Positions 20,933 through 30,255 of a stretch of DNA of 64,000 nt are shown here, piece after piece. The translations under genes were made by a program, and so were the position numbers. The stretch spans positions 7,863 to 71,862 of the forward strand of contig NZ_JAYRYM010000002.1 of NCBI RefSeq assembly GCF_041917035.1, given 5' to 3'. Numbering within the stretch: position 1 is the stretch's first letter; each line of letters starts with the position of its first letter. The notes below the pieces were generated by a model, which was not told the origin of the DNA, did not search any database, and worked only from the letters and a program-made list of their open reading frames with translations. The stretch is from Devosia sp. (GTDB lineage: Bacteria > Pseudomonadota > Alphaproteobacteria > Rhizobiales > Devosiaceae).

Positions 20933-22423
20933 TCACGGTTCCCAGGAGACCCCGGTGAGGTCGGTCGCCTGGGTCGGCGCGTTCTCCCACATGCCCTTGA
21001 GCTTGGCGTTCTCGACGCCGACCTTGGCCAGTTCGAACAGGAACCCGACGGCGTAGTTGTCGGCGAGGTTCTGCTGCGCGGCCTTCAGCAGTTCCGAGCG
21101 CTTGGCCGGGTCCGAGGTCACCGCCAGGTCGGCAATGATCTGGTTGAAGGCGGCGTTGTTGTACTGGAAGTAGTAGCCTTCGCGGGCAAAGATCCCGATA
21201 TCGTTCGGCTCGGTGTGCGAGACGATCGTCAGGTCGTAGTTCTTGTCGGTGAACACCTCACCCAGCCACTGCGCCCATTCGACGTTGGTGGTCTCGGTCT
21301 TGATGCCGACCGCGGCCAGCTGGTTGGCGATGATCTCGCCGCCGCGGCGGGCATAGCCCTCGACCGGCGGCAACTTCAGCGACAGCGTCAGGTCGGTGAT
21401 CCCGGCCTCGGCGAGCAGCGCCTTGGACTTTTCCGGATCGTAGTTCGACTGCGCGGTCAGATCGACATAGTCCGGGCTGGCCGGCGACATGAAGGTGCCG
21501 ATCGGCGTGCCGTAGCCGAACATCGCCCCGTCGATGATCGCCTGGCGGTCGATGGCATGGGCGATGGCCTGGCGCACCTTGACGTTGTCCAGCGGCGCCT
21601 TGGCGTTGTTGATCGACAGCACGGTCTCGCCCTGCGTCGCCCCGACCACCACACGGAAGCGCGGGTCGCTCTGGAACTGCGCCACCGTCTCGGGCGCCGG
21701 GAAGTTGGGGAAGCTGTCGACATCGCCGGCCTGCAGCGCCGCGAAGGCCGCGGTGGGATCGGCGATGAAGCGGAATGTCGCCGCGTCGAGCGCGACCGGC
21801 GCGCCCCAGTAGGCGCCGTTCTTTTCCAGCGTGATGTGGTCGCCTTCGACGCGGTCCTTGAACACGAACGGCCCGGTGCCGATCGGGTTCACCTTGTTGT
21901 TGTCGGCGCTCTCGGGCGCCACCATCACCGCATCGCCCCAGGCGAGGTTGTAGATCAGGTTGCCATCCGGCTGCTTGAGCGACAGCTTGACCGTGGCCGG
22001 ATCGACGACCTCCACCGAGGCGATGGAGGCGTAGAGGGCCTTCTGGGCGTTCAACGACCCCTCGGCATTGATGCGATCGAGCGAGAACTTGACGTCGTCG
22101 GCGTTGAAGTCGGTCCCGTCGTGGAACTTGGCCCCCTCGACGAGGTGGAACGTGTAGGTCAGCCCGTCCGCGGAGATATCCCAGGACTTAGCGAGCGCCG
22201 GAATGATCGAGCCGTCGGCGGCAAAGCGGGTCAGTCCCTCGAAGACGTTCGCGTACACGACTTCGTCGACGGCGGCGGCGGCCTCGGCGGTCGGATCGAG
22301 GCTGGGCGGCTCCAGCACGAGGCCGATCTTGACGTCGGTCCGGGCCTGCGCGAATGCCGGAGTCAACGCCGTGGTCATTGCCAGTGCGCCGGCAAGTGCC
22401 AGCACGACCAATGAGTTGCGCAT
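20933..22423 (-). CDS. ABC substrate-binding protein, family 5 (peptide/nickel-like)
   Basis: Signal peptide; PALAKSWDISADGLTYTF, KFHDGT, IGTGPF. Confidence 0.95.
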   Translation of the reverse strand: MRNSLVVLALAGALAMTTALTPAFAQARTDVKIGLVLEPPSLDPTAEAAAAVDEVVYANVFEGLTRFAADGSIIPALAKSWDISADGLTYTFHLVEGAKFHDGTDFNADDVKFSLDRINAEGSLNAQKALYASIASVEVVDPATVKLSLKQPDGNLIYNLAWGDAVMVAPESADNNKVNPIGTGPFVFKDRVEGDHITLEKNGAYWGAPVALDAATFRFIADPTAAFAALQAGDVDSFPNFPAPETVAQFQSDPRFRVVVGATQGETVLSINNAKAPLDNVKVRQAIAHAIDRQAIIDGAMFGYGTPIGTFMSPASPDYVDLTAQSNYDPEKSKALLAEAGITDLTLSLKLPPVEGYARRGGEIIANQLAAVGIKTETTNVEWAQWLGEVFTDKNYDLTIVSHTEPNDIGIFAREGYYFQYNNAAFNQIIADLAVTSDPAKRSELLKAAQQNLADNYAVGFLFELAKVGVENAKLKGMWENAPTQATDLTGVSWEP

Positions 22424-22552
22424 GGTGTTCCCTTCTGTTGCAGGCCGATCCCTGTCGCGGCCCTGAGCTGATCCTAGGACTCTTCGGGCGTCGCGTGAAC
22501 CGGTTGCATAGCGTCGTTTTTACGCGGGGCGGCCGAACCCGGGAAAGTCGTT

Positions 22553-23857
22553 CTATTGCTTGCGCCCGAGCAGGTCATCGAGCGTCAGGGCCATGACCTT
22601 GGCCGAGTCCAGCATGTCGTCGACGCCGACCCACTCGTCGGGCTGGTGGGCCAGGTCGAGGATACCCGGCCCGTAGGCGATGCAGTTCTTCAGCCGGCCG
22701 ATGCGATCGATGTGCTTCTGGTCGTAGGTGCCCGGCGAGACGACATATTCGGGGGAAACGCCCATGACCGCGCCGATGGCGCGGGCGACGGAGCGCACCA
22801 CCGGCGCGTCCTTCTCGGTCATGGTCGGCGGGATGGTCCACAGGTCGCGGACCTCGTAGCTGAACCCCGGCCGCTCGGCCCTCAGCCGCTCCAGCAGATC
22901 GATGACCTCCTGCCGCACGGCAGCGGGGCTCTCCTCGATCAGGTAACGGCGGTCGATGACGATCCGGGCGGAATGGGCCACCACCGGCGCCGGGAAACCG
23001 GTGTAGCCGCCCTCGGGCTCCGCCTGGCCGCCGTGGATCGAGTTGATGTTCATCGTCGACTGCCGCGCGCCGGGCGGCACCACCGGCATCGCCGTGTGCT
23101 TGCGGCTCAGCGCCGGGTAGAGCACATCCTCGAACGCGCGCAGCACGGCCGCCATGTGCCGGATGGCGCTGTCGCCCAGGAACGGCATCGAACCATGCGC
23201 GATCCGGCCGAATGTCTCGATCTCGGCCCACCACACGCCACGGTGCCCCAGGCAGATCCGGTCCTTGTTCAGCGGTTCGGGGATGATGACGTGCTGCACC
23301 CTCTGCGGCGAGAAGTAGCCCTGCTCCGCCAGGTAGGCGACGCCGCCGTAGCCGCCCGTCTCCTCGTCCGCTGTCCCCGAAATCTCGATGGCGCCGCGAT
23401 AGTCCGGCACGACCGCGGCAAAGGCCTCCGCCGCGATGATCGAGGCGGCGAGGCCGCCCTTCATGTCGCAGGTGCCGCGCCCGTAGATGCGACCGTCCCT
23501 CAGTTCGGCCCCGAACGGATCGACCGTCCAGCCGCGACCGACCTCGACCACGTCGTGATGCGAGTTGAAGTGCACGGTCTCGCCCGCAGACGCGCCCTCG
23601 CGCCGAGCGACGACGTTCCAGCGCGGGTACTTGTCGATATCGCCTACGGCCCCATCGGCACGAATGATCTCAGTCGAGTAGCCAGATTTCTTTAGCCTGT
23701 TCGAGAGGTAGTCACAGATCTCCCGGTAGTTGTTCCCGGGCGGGTTGACGGTAGGAATCCGGATCAGGTCCTGCGTCAGCGCGACCAGGTCATCCCGGCG
23801 GGCATCAATGGCGGCGACGAGCCGTCGGGCAGTGGTCGAAGGGAGAGCAGCGGTCAT
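22553..23857 (-). CDS. M20 family ArgE/DapE-like amidohydrolase
   Basis: FNSHHDVV, GRGTCDMKGG, DEETGG, AHQPDE. Confidence 0.92.
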   Translation of the reverse strand: MTAALPSTTARRLVAAIDARRDDLVALTQDLIRIPTVNPPGNNYREICDYLSNRLKKSGYSTEIIRADGAVGDIDKYPRWNVVARREGASAGETVHFNSHHDVVEVGRGWTVDPFGAELRDGRIYGRGTCDMKGGLAASIIAAEAFAAVVPDYRGAIEISGTADEETGGYGGVAYLAEQGYFSPQRVQHVIIPEPLNKDRICLGHRGVWWAEIETFGRIAHGSMPFLGDSAIRHMAAVLRAFEDVLYPALSRKHTAMPVVPPGARQSTMNINSIHGGQAEPEGGYTGFPAPVVAHSARIVIDRRYLIEESPAAVRQEVIDLLERLRAERPGFSYEVRDLWTIPPTMTEKDAPVVRSVARAIGAVMGVSPEYVVSPGTYDQKHIDRIGRLKNCIAYGPGILDLAHQPDEWVGVDDMLDSAKVMALTLDDLLGRKQ

Positions 23858-23945
23858 GGCGCGGCAGACTGTTGCCCGCCGCGCGTCGTGTCAATGCGAC
23901 AGTCGGCCGATCAAGTCGGCCCACAGGCGACAGTCGGGCCGATGA

Positions 23946-24326
23946 TCAGTTCGGCCCGTCACCGATGGCGAGGATGTTGCCCTCGGAATCCCGGAACCAG
24001 GCGGCATGCACGGCACCGAGAGTGGCGATGCCGTTCACGGTCTTCAGCCCCGGAAAGTCATAGTCCTCGAACACCACGCCGCGCCCCCGCAGCGTGCGCA
24101 CGTCGTCGTCGATGTCCTCGGAGGAGAACACCATCAGCGTGTTTGGGGCCTGCCCGGCGACCCCTGTCGGATAGAGCTGGAAGCCGGTGCCTCCACCCAG
24201 CGCGTAGCGAACGCCCGCAGGATCCTCCGAGGCGGGCGAGAGGCCCAGCTTCTCCCTGTACCAGGCCTTGGCGCGCTCGATGTCGCTTGCCGGAATAGTC
24301 GGGTAGGCACGGCGGTTCTGAAGCAT
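23946..24326 (-). CDS. VOC family protein
   Basis: DIERAKAWYREKLGL, AWFRDSEGNILAI. Confidence 0.88.
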   Translation of the reverse strand: MLQNRRAYPTIPASDIERAKAWYREKLGLSPASEDPAGVRYALGGGTGFQLYPTGVAGQAPNTLMVFSSEDIDDDVRTLRGRGVVFEDYDFPGLKTVNGIATLGAVHAAWFRDSEGNILAIGDGPN

Positions 24327-24400
24327 GGCTTCCTCCCTTGCATGCACCACCGGGGCAGACTACGCCTCGCGGCCGGAAATGCCAAACCGGAGCTCGATCG

Positions 24401-25027
24401 ATGGCCCTACGCCCCCGCACCGCCGACCTGCTCTACGTGATGGCCCTGGATCACGAGTACGGCCCCGAGCTTCGTGCCCGCATCACTCCCGTGATGACCG
24501 GCGTCGGCCCGGTGGAGGCCGCCGTGACCGTGACGCTGGCGCTCGAGCGGCTGCGCCACGCCGGCAGGCTGCCCCACTACGTCGTTTCGCTCGGCTCCGC
24601 CGGCTCGGCGCGGCTCGAACAGGCCGGCGTCTACCAGGCGCGTTCGGTCAGCTACCGCGACATGGACGCCTCCCCGCTGGGCTTCGAGCCGGGTGTGACG
24701 CCGTTCCTCGGGCTGGAGGCCACCCTGCCCCTGGCCCCGCTGGTGCCGGGTCTCGCAACCGCCACCCTGTCGACCGGGGCGAACATCGTCTCGGGGGCAG
24801 CCTACGCCAACATCGCGGCCGACATGGTCGACATGGAAACCTACGCCGTGCTGCGGGCGTGCCAGCGCTTCGATGTCCCGTTGATCGCCATCCGGGGGAT
24901 TTCGGACGGCGACCGCGAACTGGGTCGGCTGGAGGACTGGACGCAGTACCTGCACGTCATCGACAGCAAGCTCGCCCACGCCGTCGACGTGCTCGAATCC
25001 GCCGCCGCCAATTACCTTCTCGGGTGA
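24401..25027 (+). CDS. MTA/SAH nucleosidase-like protein (PNP_UDP_1 family)
   Basis: TGVGPVEAA, SLGSAGS, VDMETYA, RGISDG. Confidence 0.85.
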   Translation: MALRPRTADLLYVMALDHEYGPELRARITPVMTGVGPVEAAVTVTLALERLRHAGRLPHYVVSLGSAGSARLEQAGVYQARSVSYRDMDASPLGFEPGVTPFLGLEATLPLAPLVPGLATATLSTGANIVSGAAYANIAADMVDMETYAVLRACQRFDVPLIAIRGISDGDRELGRLEDWTQYLHVIDSKLAHAVDVLESAAANYLLG

Positions 25028-25030
25028 CGG

Positions 25031-25336
25031 TCAGGACTTGCGCCGGCTGCGCCGCCAGTTGGTCCACTTGCGCTGCGCCCAGAGCGTCAGCCGGTTGAGC
25101 GGCCCCTGCAGGAACGGCAGGTCCAGGGCCAGCAGGAACAGGCCGAGGGGAAGCATCCAGACGCCCAGTATCGGCAGGAAGCTGAAGACGCCGCCCAGGA
25201 TCAGCACGATACCGAGCGGAATGCGGACCCAGCGCGAGGACGGCTGACGGACCCAGTTCAGAAACCCGGTCGAGGCCGGAACGGCCCGCCCGATTCGATC
25301 GAACTGGCGGTGAAGTCGGGCGTTTTCCTTGGACAT
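25031..25336 (-). CDS. Small conserved membrane protein
   Basis: RWVRIPLG...FLPILGVWMLPLGL hydrophobic hairpin; GAGG RBS. Confidence 0.75.
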   Translation of the reverse strand: MSKENARLHRQFDRIGRAVPASTGFLNWVRQPSSRWVRIPLGIVLILGGVFSFLPILGVWMLPLGLFLLALDLPFLQGPLNRLTLWAQRKWTNWRRSRRKS

Positions 25337-25551
25337 GGTTTCCTCGCACAAGCCTTCCGCAAGATGTGGGGGCGATACCCGCGGCCCGCAAGTCGGCACG
25401 AACCGATCCCGGCCATCACGCAGAGTCCATTTGTTGCGACCGGCGAATGGGTCTAGAGTGACGACCTCGTGGACGCAGGTGCGGGTTCCGCCCGGCGACT
25501 TGGCCCAGCGGAGTTTGACCTGCCTCGATTGGCTTCGTCGAGGAGGTTCGA

Positions 25552-26361
25552 ATGGCTGGTGGCTTTCATGTCCTCACCGCGGCCGGCGACCGGCTGGACA
25601 TCCCGCAGGTGCGGCACCTCCGGTTCGCCGATCTCGGCTTTGCCCTCACCCAGGGATGGCGGGACTTCTGGCGCCGTCCCTCGCACCTCGCCTTTCTCGG
25701 GCTGATCTACCCGCTCGTCGGCGCGGCCCTGGCCGTGTGGAGTTCGGGCACCAATTCCTGGCCCCTCATCTTCCCCCTGATCTCCGGTTTTGCCCTTGTT
25801 GGCCCGCTTGTGGCGCTGCCGATCTACGAGATGAGTCGACGCCAGGAGACCGAGCCCGATGTCGGCTGGATCGCCACATTGTCCGTATTCCGCAGTCCGG
25901 CCTTCCCCTCCATCGTGGCCGTCGGCGTCATGATGCTGGTCCTGTTCACGCTGTGGCTGATGACGGCGCAGTCCCTCTACGAGAGCCTTTTCGGGCCAGG
26001 CTCGCCGCCCTCGCTGGCCGCTTTTGTCGCGGAGGTGTTCGGCACCGCCCAGGGCACCAGCCTGATGCTGTGGGGCAACCTCCTGGGACTGGGCTTCGCC
26101 GTCGTGGTGCTCTCCACCTCGATCGTCGCCGTCCCTCTGCTGCTGGATCGCGATGTCGGCGCGGCCATCGCCGTGCTGACATCGGTGCGGCTGGTCATGC
26201 GCAGCCCGCTGGTGGCCGCCACCTGGGGGATCGTCGTCGCGGCACTGCTGATGCTCGGCTCCCTGCCCATGCTGATCGGCCTGTGCATCGTGGTACCGGT
26301 CCTCGGGCACGCGACCTGGCACCTCTACCGGCGTGGCGTGCTGCCTTCCGGCCACCGTTAA
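25552..26361 (+). CDS. DUF2189 integral membrane protein
   Basis: GWRDF, GFALVGP...YEMSRR, PVLGHATWHLYR; GAGGAGG RBS. Confidence 0.88.
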   Translation: MAGGFHVLTAAGDRLDIPQVRHLRFADLGFALTQGWRDFWRRPSHLAFLGLIYPLVGAALAVWSSGTNSWPLIFPLISGFALVGPLVALPIYEMSRRQETEPDVGWIATLSVFRSPAFPSIVAVGVMMLVLFTLWLMTAQSLYESLFGPGSPPSLAAFVAEVFGTAQGTSLMLWGNLLGLGFAVVVLSTSIVAVPLLLDRDVGAAIAVLTSVRLVMRSPLVAATWGIVVAALLMLGSLPMLIGLCIVVPVLGHATWHLYRRGVLPSGHR

Positions 26362-26641
26362 CGCCTCGTCAACAAACTCGTAGCAATCTGGCGGCGCTTA
26401 AGTAGAGGGCAGGACAAGCCACCGGCCGTGGCCCTGCCCTCGCCCATTCCGGAACCCGCGACGAGCGAGACTGTCCCACGGCCTTTCGGCAGGACAGCTC
26501 CGCCTGGCGTGCCCGACGCCACCGAAGGCGCAGGCCGCCGACACCCGCGCAAACCAGCCCTTAACCGGAACCGGTACATCTTCCGGCAATCGGGCCCTTG
26601 CGGCCCGACTTCCGTGTCTATGCTGCCTTCCGGAGTTCCAC

Positions 26642-27142
26642 GTGTTCCCCCGAAAAGGACTGCTGCTGGCGGTACCGCTGTTCGCTTCCCTCCTGGCGGG
26701 GTGCGGGACTCTGTCGCCCTTTGCGCACCTGTCGTCTCGGGATTGTCTCGCCCGCGCCATGTACTTCGAGTCCAACCGCTCGAGCGACGAAGGCATGCTG
26801 GCGGTGGGCACGGTGGTGATGAACCGTGTCGCCGACAAGGCCTACCCCAAGACCGTCTGCGGCGTCGTCGGCCAGAAGAACCAGTTCGCGCCCGGTGTCC
26901 TCGTCAAGCCGATGAAGGAAAAGGCCTCGAAGGAACGCGCCTACCGCGTCGCCGACCGCGTCCTCTCGGGAGCCCGCCACGCGACGCTGAGCCGCGAGGT
27001 GAAGCACTTCCATACCGCCGGCCACAGTTTCCCCTACGACAACATGTACTATGTGCTCGAAGCGGGCGGAAACAGCTTCTACGAGAAGCGCAAGGCCGGC
27101 ACCTTCACCAACAACCCGTTCTCGATGCTCGCCTACTGGTAG
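26642..27142 (+). CDS. Cell wall hydrolase (SleB/Hydrolase_2), lipoprotein
   Basis: Lipobox LAGC; CLARAMYFES, VGTVVMNRV, YPKTVCGVV.Q..QF. Confidence 0.9.
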   Translation: MFPRKGLLLAVPLFASLLAGCGTLSPFAHLSSRDCLARAMYFESNRSSDEGMLAVGTVVMNRVADKAYPKTVCGVVGQKNQFAPGVLVKPMKEKASKERAYRVADRVLSGARHATLSREVKHFHTAGHSFPYDNMYYVLEAGGNSFYEKRKAGTFTNNPFSMLAYW

Positions 27143-27156
27143 CGCCCTGGCCGCCT

Positions 27157-27260
27157 GCGGGATTTCACCGTTTCCTTGAAACACTGAAATCGCCCAAGCC
27201 TTTGATTTGTCGCGCTTCCGATCCGGAAAACGGCTGCCAATTCTCCGGAACGCGCCCTAG
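27157..27260 (-). repeat. Bru-RS-like (MITE-like) palindromic repeat supplying the exoD stop codon
   Basis: Minus strand TAGGGCGCGTTCCGGAGAAA...GTTTTCCGGATCGGAAGCGCGACAAATCAAAGGCTT...ATTTCA..TGAAAT; two-hairpin layout of Brucella/rhizobial RS elements. Confidence 0.65.
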
Positions 27261-27916
27261 AAGGTGATGCCGAGCACGTTGCCGATCACGAACAGCGCGG
27301 CGAACACCATGGCCCACAGAACGCCCCAGACGATCACCACGGCGACGACGCCGGTCAGCAGGCCGATCAGCATCCACAGGCCGTCTCGGGCCAGCAGCCC
27401 CAGCGACATGATGCTCACGGCAAGGGCCGGCAACATGTTGCCGAGCGGAATGGGCAGGAACAGGATGATCGACTCGATCAGGCAGACAAAGCCCAGCAGG
27501 TAGACGAAGGGCGGCCCACCGACGAAGCTCAGCCGCGGCCGCATCACGCTCTCCGCCCGCAGCAACCAGGGCGTGACGGTCGTGACGATCTTGCCGAACT
27601 CCCGCCGCGTCAGCGACCGGTCGGTGATCAACCGCGGCAGCCAGGGCTTGAGGCCGAGCATCAACTGCGCGGTCAGAAACAGCAGCGGCGCCCCGAAAAT
27701 GGTCGAGACGCCCGGCGGGAGCGGCAGCGCCACGGGGACCGCGAAGATGAAGATCATCGCCCCCAGCGCCCGCTGGTTCATCGCCGCAAGCAGGTCGCCG
27801 ATGGAAATGCGATCGTCCTCGCTGCCGGTGGCGATCTCGGTCAGCAGCGTCGAGAGCCGGAAATCGGGGCTCTCGCGCTTTTCGGCCGCGGTCACGTCAA
27901 GCTGGGGATCTGCCAT
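27257..27916 (-). CDS. exoD: Exopolysaccharide synthesis protein ExoD family
   Basis: ISIGDLL, ALPLPPG, PWLP, LPIPLGN, RDG. Confidence 0.88.
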   Translation of the reverse strand: MADPQLDVTAAEKRESPDFRLSTLLTEIATGSEDDRISIGDLLAAMNQRALGAMIFIFAVPVALPLPPGVSTIFGAPLLFLTAQLMLGLKPWLPRLITDRSLTRREFGKIVTTVTPWLLRAESVMRPRLSFVGGPPFVYLLGFVCLIESIILFLPIPLGNMLPALAVSIMSLGLLARDGLWMLIGLLTGVVAVVIVWGVLWAMVFAALFVIGNVLGITF

Positions 27917-27969
27917 CGCCGCGGATAGTGCCAGTCGATTCCCCGGTTAGGCAACCCATCACCTTCCCG

Positions 27970-28518
27970 TCAGAAGTCGCCCCCCATGTCGAAACCGCCG
28001 TCACCGCCGAAGTCGTCACCGCCCATGTCGTCTCCGCCACCGGCATCGTTGGTGTCGTCCTGCCCACCGGCATCCTGACCGCTGTCCGCGGGGGCCTCGG
28101 CCGCATGCGCTCCGCCGGCGCCGAACAGCGAGCCGATCGCGCTGCCCAGCAGGACACCGCCGGCCACGCCCAGGGCGGTCTGCATGGCGCCGCCGAGAAA
28201 GCCGCCGCCACCGAAGCCGCCGCCGCGCTGCCGCTGGTCGTAGCCATCGTCCTGCGCGCGATCCCACGGGCCGCGACGCGCTTCGCGGCCGCGCGCCTCC
28301 TGTTCGAGCTCCTTGATGCGCTTCTCGGCCGCCTCGAGCGCCTGCTGCTGCACCACGATGGTCTGAGCCATGTAGTAGGGAGCGTTGGGCAGCCGGCCAA
28401 TCTCGCCGCGGATCAGTTCGTCGGCCTCGCGGTCCCGATCCGGCGCGCGGCGCTCGGCCTCGGCCAGGCGGTCGAACAGGCCTTCGATGGCACGGCGGTC
28501 TTCAGGGTTCAGCATCAT
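27970..28518 (-). CDS. DUF2076 family protein
   Basis: LFDRL...RD.EA..LI, PNAPYYMAQTIVVQQQAL, GFLGGAMQTALGVAGG, acidic Gly-rich tail. Confidence 0.88.
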   Translation of the reverse strand: MMLNPEDRRAIEGLFDRLAEAERRAPDRDREADELIRGEIGRLPNAPYYMAQTIVVQQQALEAAEKRIKELEQEARGREARRGPWDRAQDDGYDQRQRGGGFGGGGFLGGAMQTALGVAGGVLLGSAIGSLFGAGGAHAAEAPADSGQDAGGQDDTNDAGGGDDMGGDDFGGDGGFDMGGDF

Positions 28519-28683
28519 CAGTCTCCGATGTTGAGCGTCTGCCGATGACATGGGGACCACCGTGCCCCCCGACAATGCCCTGCCCCCGCGAAATCGGTCC
28601 TTGCGCAACCGGGCGTTGCGCCAGATGTGCATTGACATGCGCCGCCGCTGGTTCACCCTCCCGCCGGAAATTGCGAGGCGAGA

Positions 28684-29340
28684 ATGGCCGACGACGATCC
28701 TCCCGAAGACAGCAAGCTGACGAAGGCCAAGTCCCGCTGGGCGGAGATGGGCAAGTTCCTCACCGGCAAGCTCAGCCGCGCCGAGGACGACCGCCTGCCG
28801 CCGGGCCAGCATCTCGTCAAGACATGGCCGGTGCTCGACCTGGGGCAGACGCCGAACGTGCCCAGGCAGGTCTGGCGGCTCGACATCGGCGGCGAGGTCG
28901 AGCACCCGCAGAGCTGGAGCTTCGACGACCTGATGGCACAGCCGCAGTCGGAGAGAACCACCGACATCCACTGCGTCACCAGCTGGTCGCGATACGACAA
29001 CCGCTGGAAGGGCGTGACCACGCACCAGCTGATGGAGGTGGTGGGCGTCAAGGCGACGGCACGACATGTGCTGTTGACCTCGAACGACGGCTACACGACG
29101 AACATGGCCATCGAGGATTTCGCGTCCGACGACGCCATGGTCGTTCACAGCTGGGAAGGCGAACCGCTGACTCTGGAACACGGCGGGCCCGTGCGCCTCG
29201 TGGTGCCGCACCTGTATTTCTGGAAGAGCCCCAAGTGGCTGCGCCGCATCGAGTTTGCCGAACGCGACCACCTCGGCTTCTGGGAGGTGCGCGGCTATCA
29301 CAACCACGCCGACCCCTGGAAGGAGGAGCGCTACAGCTGA
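28684..29340 (+). CDS. Sulfite oxidase-like molybdopterin oxidoreductase
   Basis: LPPGQ, DIHCVTSWS, HGGPVRLVVPHLYFWKS, GFWE.RGYH. Confidence 0.9.
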   Translation: MADDDPPEDSKLTKAKSRWAEMGKFLTGKLSRAEDDRLPPGQHLVKTWPVLDLGQTPNVPRQVWRLDIGGEVEHPQSWSFDDLMAQPQSERTTDIHCVTSWSRYDNRWKGVTTHQLMEVVGVKATARHVLLTSNDGYTTNMAIEDFASDDAMVVHSWEGEPLTLEHGGPVRLVVPHLYFWKSPKWLRRIEFAERDHLGFWEVRGYHNHADPWKEERYS

Positions 29341-30251
29341 GCGCCCAGCAGCTCGGCCAGGCTCTCGACGCGATCGAGCTGTCGATCGATGCCGGTGGTA
29401 CGGGCGATCCGCACGCGCGCGTCGGCGAGATCGAACTCCACCGAGAAGAGGCCGAGCCGCGGCCGGGCCCCGGTCGAAGGCCCCAGCACCGCCGGCAGCC
29501 GCTTCAGCGATACCGGACGGGACCTGCCCGGAACCATGGTCACCAGCCGCCGCGAGCGTTCCGCCAGTCGCAGCCTCCGGCGTGCCTCATCGAGCGACAC
29601 CCCGGCCCCGAGGATCGCCTCCTCGGTGACGCGGCGATAGCTGCCCGGTGCCTGCGGCCGGGCGGAGAGCCCTCCGCGCAGGTAGCTGGGCAACGAGTCG
29701 CGCGCCAGTCGGCGAAAGGCCAGTGCGTGCCGCGCCACCCAGGCGGCGTATCGCCGCCCCGTCGCCTCGTAGGGCACGGCGATCTGGTCGATCACCGGAC
29801 CCTCGTCGATACCCGGGCTGAGCACGTGCAGGGTGGCGCCGGCACAATCGTCGCGTTCGTCGAGCATGGTGCCGAGAAACGGCGACGGCCCCCGGTAGAA
29901 CGGCAGGAGCGCGGGGTGGAAGTTCACCGCCCGCGCCCCGAAGAGATCCAGGATCTCGGGCCGGACAATCTGCATCGTCACGGCCGTGATCAGCGTGTCG
30001 ACCGCCAGCCGGCGAACCTCGGCTCGGGCATCAGCCAGCGCCCGGAGGCGAACCGCGCGCTGGGCGATGCCGTGCCGCCGCAGCAGCCCGCGCACCGTCC
30101 AGTCGGGAGCGAGCAGCGATTCGAGGCTCGGCCGCGGCCGCGGCGGATAGTCGGTCCAGTACTCCGCCACGACGTTTCCTGCCTCGAGCCAGCCCCGCAA
30201 GGCGCCGGCCGAAAGCACGCCATCGGCGCCGATGAACAGCGCGACAGCCAA
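29331..30251 (-). CDS. Formyltransferase family protein
   Basis: NFHPALLPFYRGPSP and GATLH...IDEGP. Confidence 0.8.
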   Translation of the reverse strand: MAVALFIGADGVLSAGALRGWLEAGNVVAEYWTDYPPRPRPSLESLLAPDWTVRGLLRRHGIAQRAVRLRALADARAEVRRLAVDTLITAVTMQIVRPEILDLFGARAVNFHPALLPFYRGPSPFLGTMLDERDDCAGATLHVLSPGIDEGPVIDQIAVPYEATGRRYAAWVARHALAFRRLARDSLPSYLRGGLSARPQAPGSYRRVTEEAILGAGVSLDEARRRLRLAERSRRLVTMVPGRSRPVSLKRLPAVLGPSTGARPRLGLFSVEFDLADARVRIARTTGIDRQLDRVESLAELLGAQL

Positions 30252-30255
30252 GGGG

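Noticed and set aside
25515-25528. FixK/FNR-like box TTGA-N6-TCGA before DUF2189
   Set aside because: Mismatched, and only about 23 nt from the start codon, too close for a class II activator site
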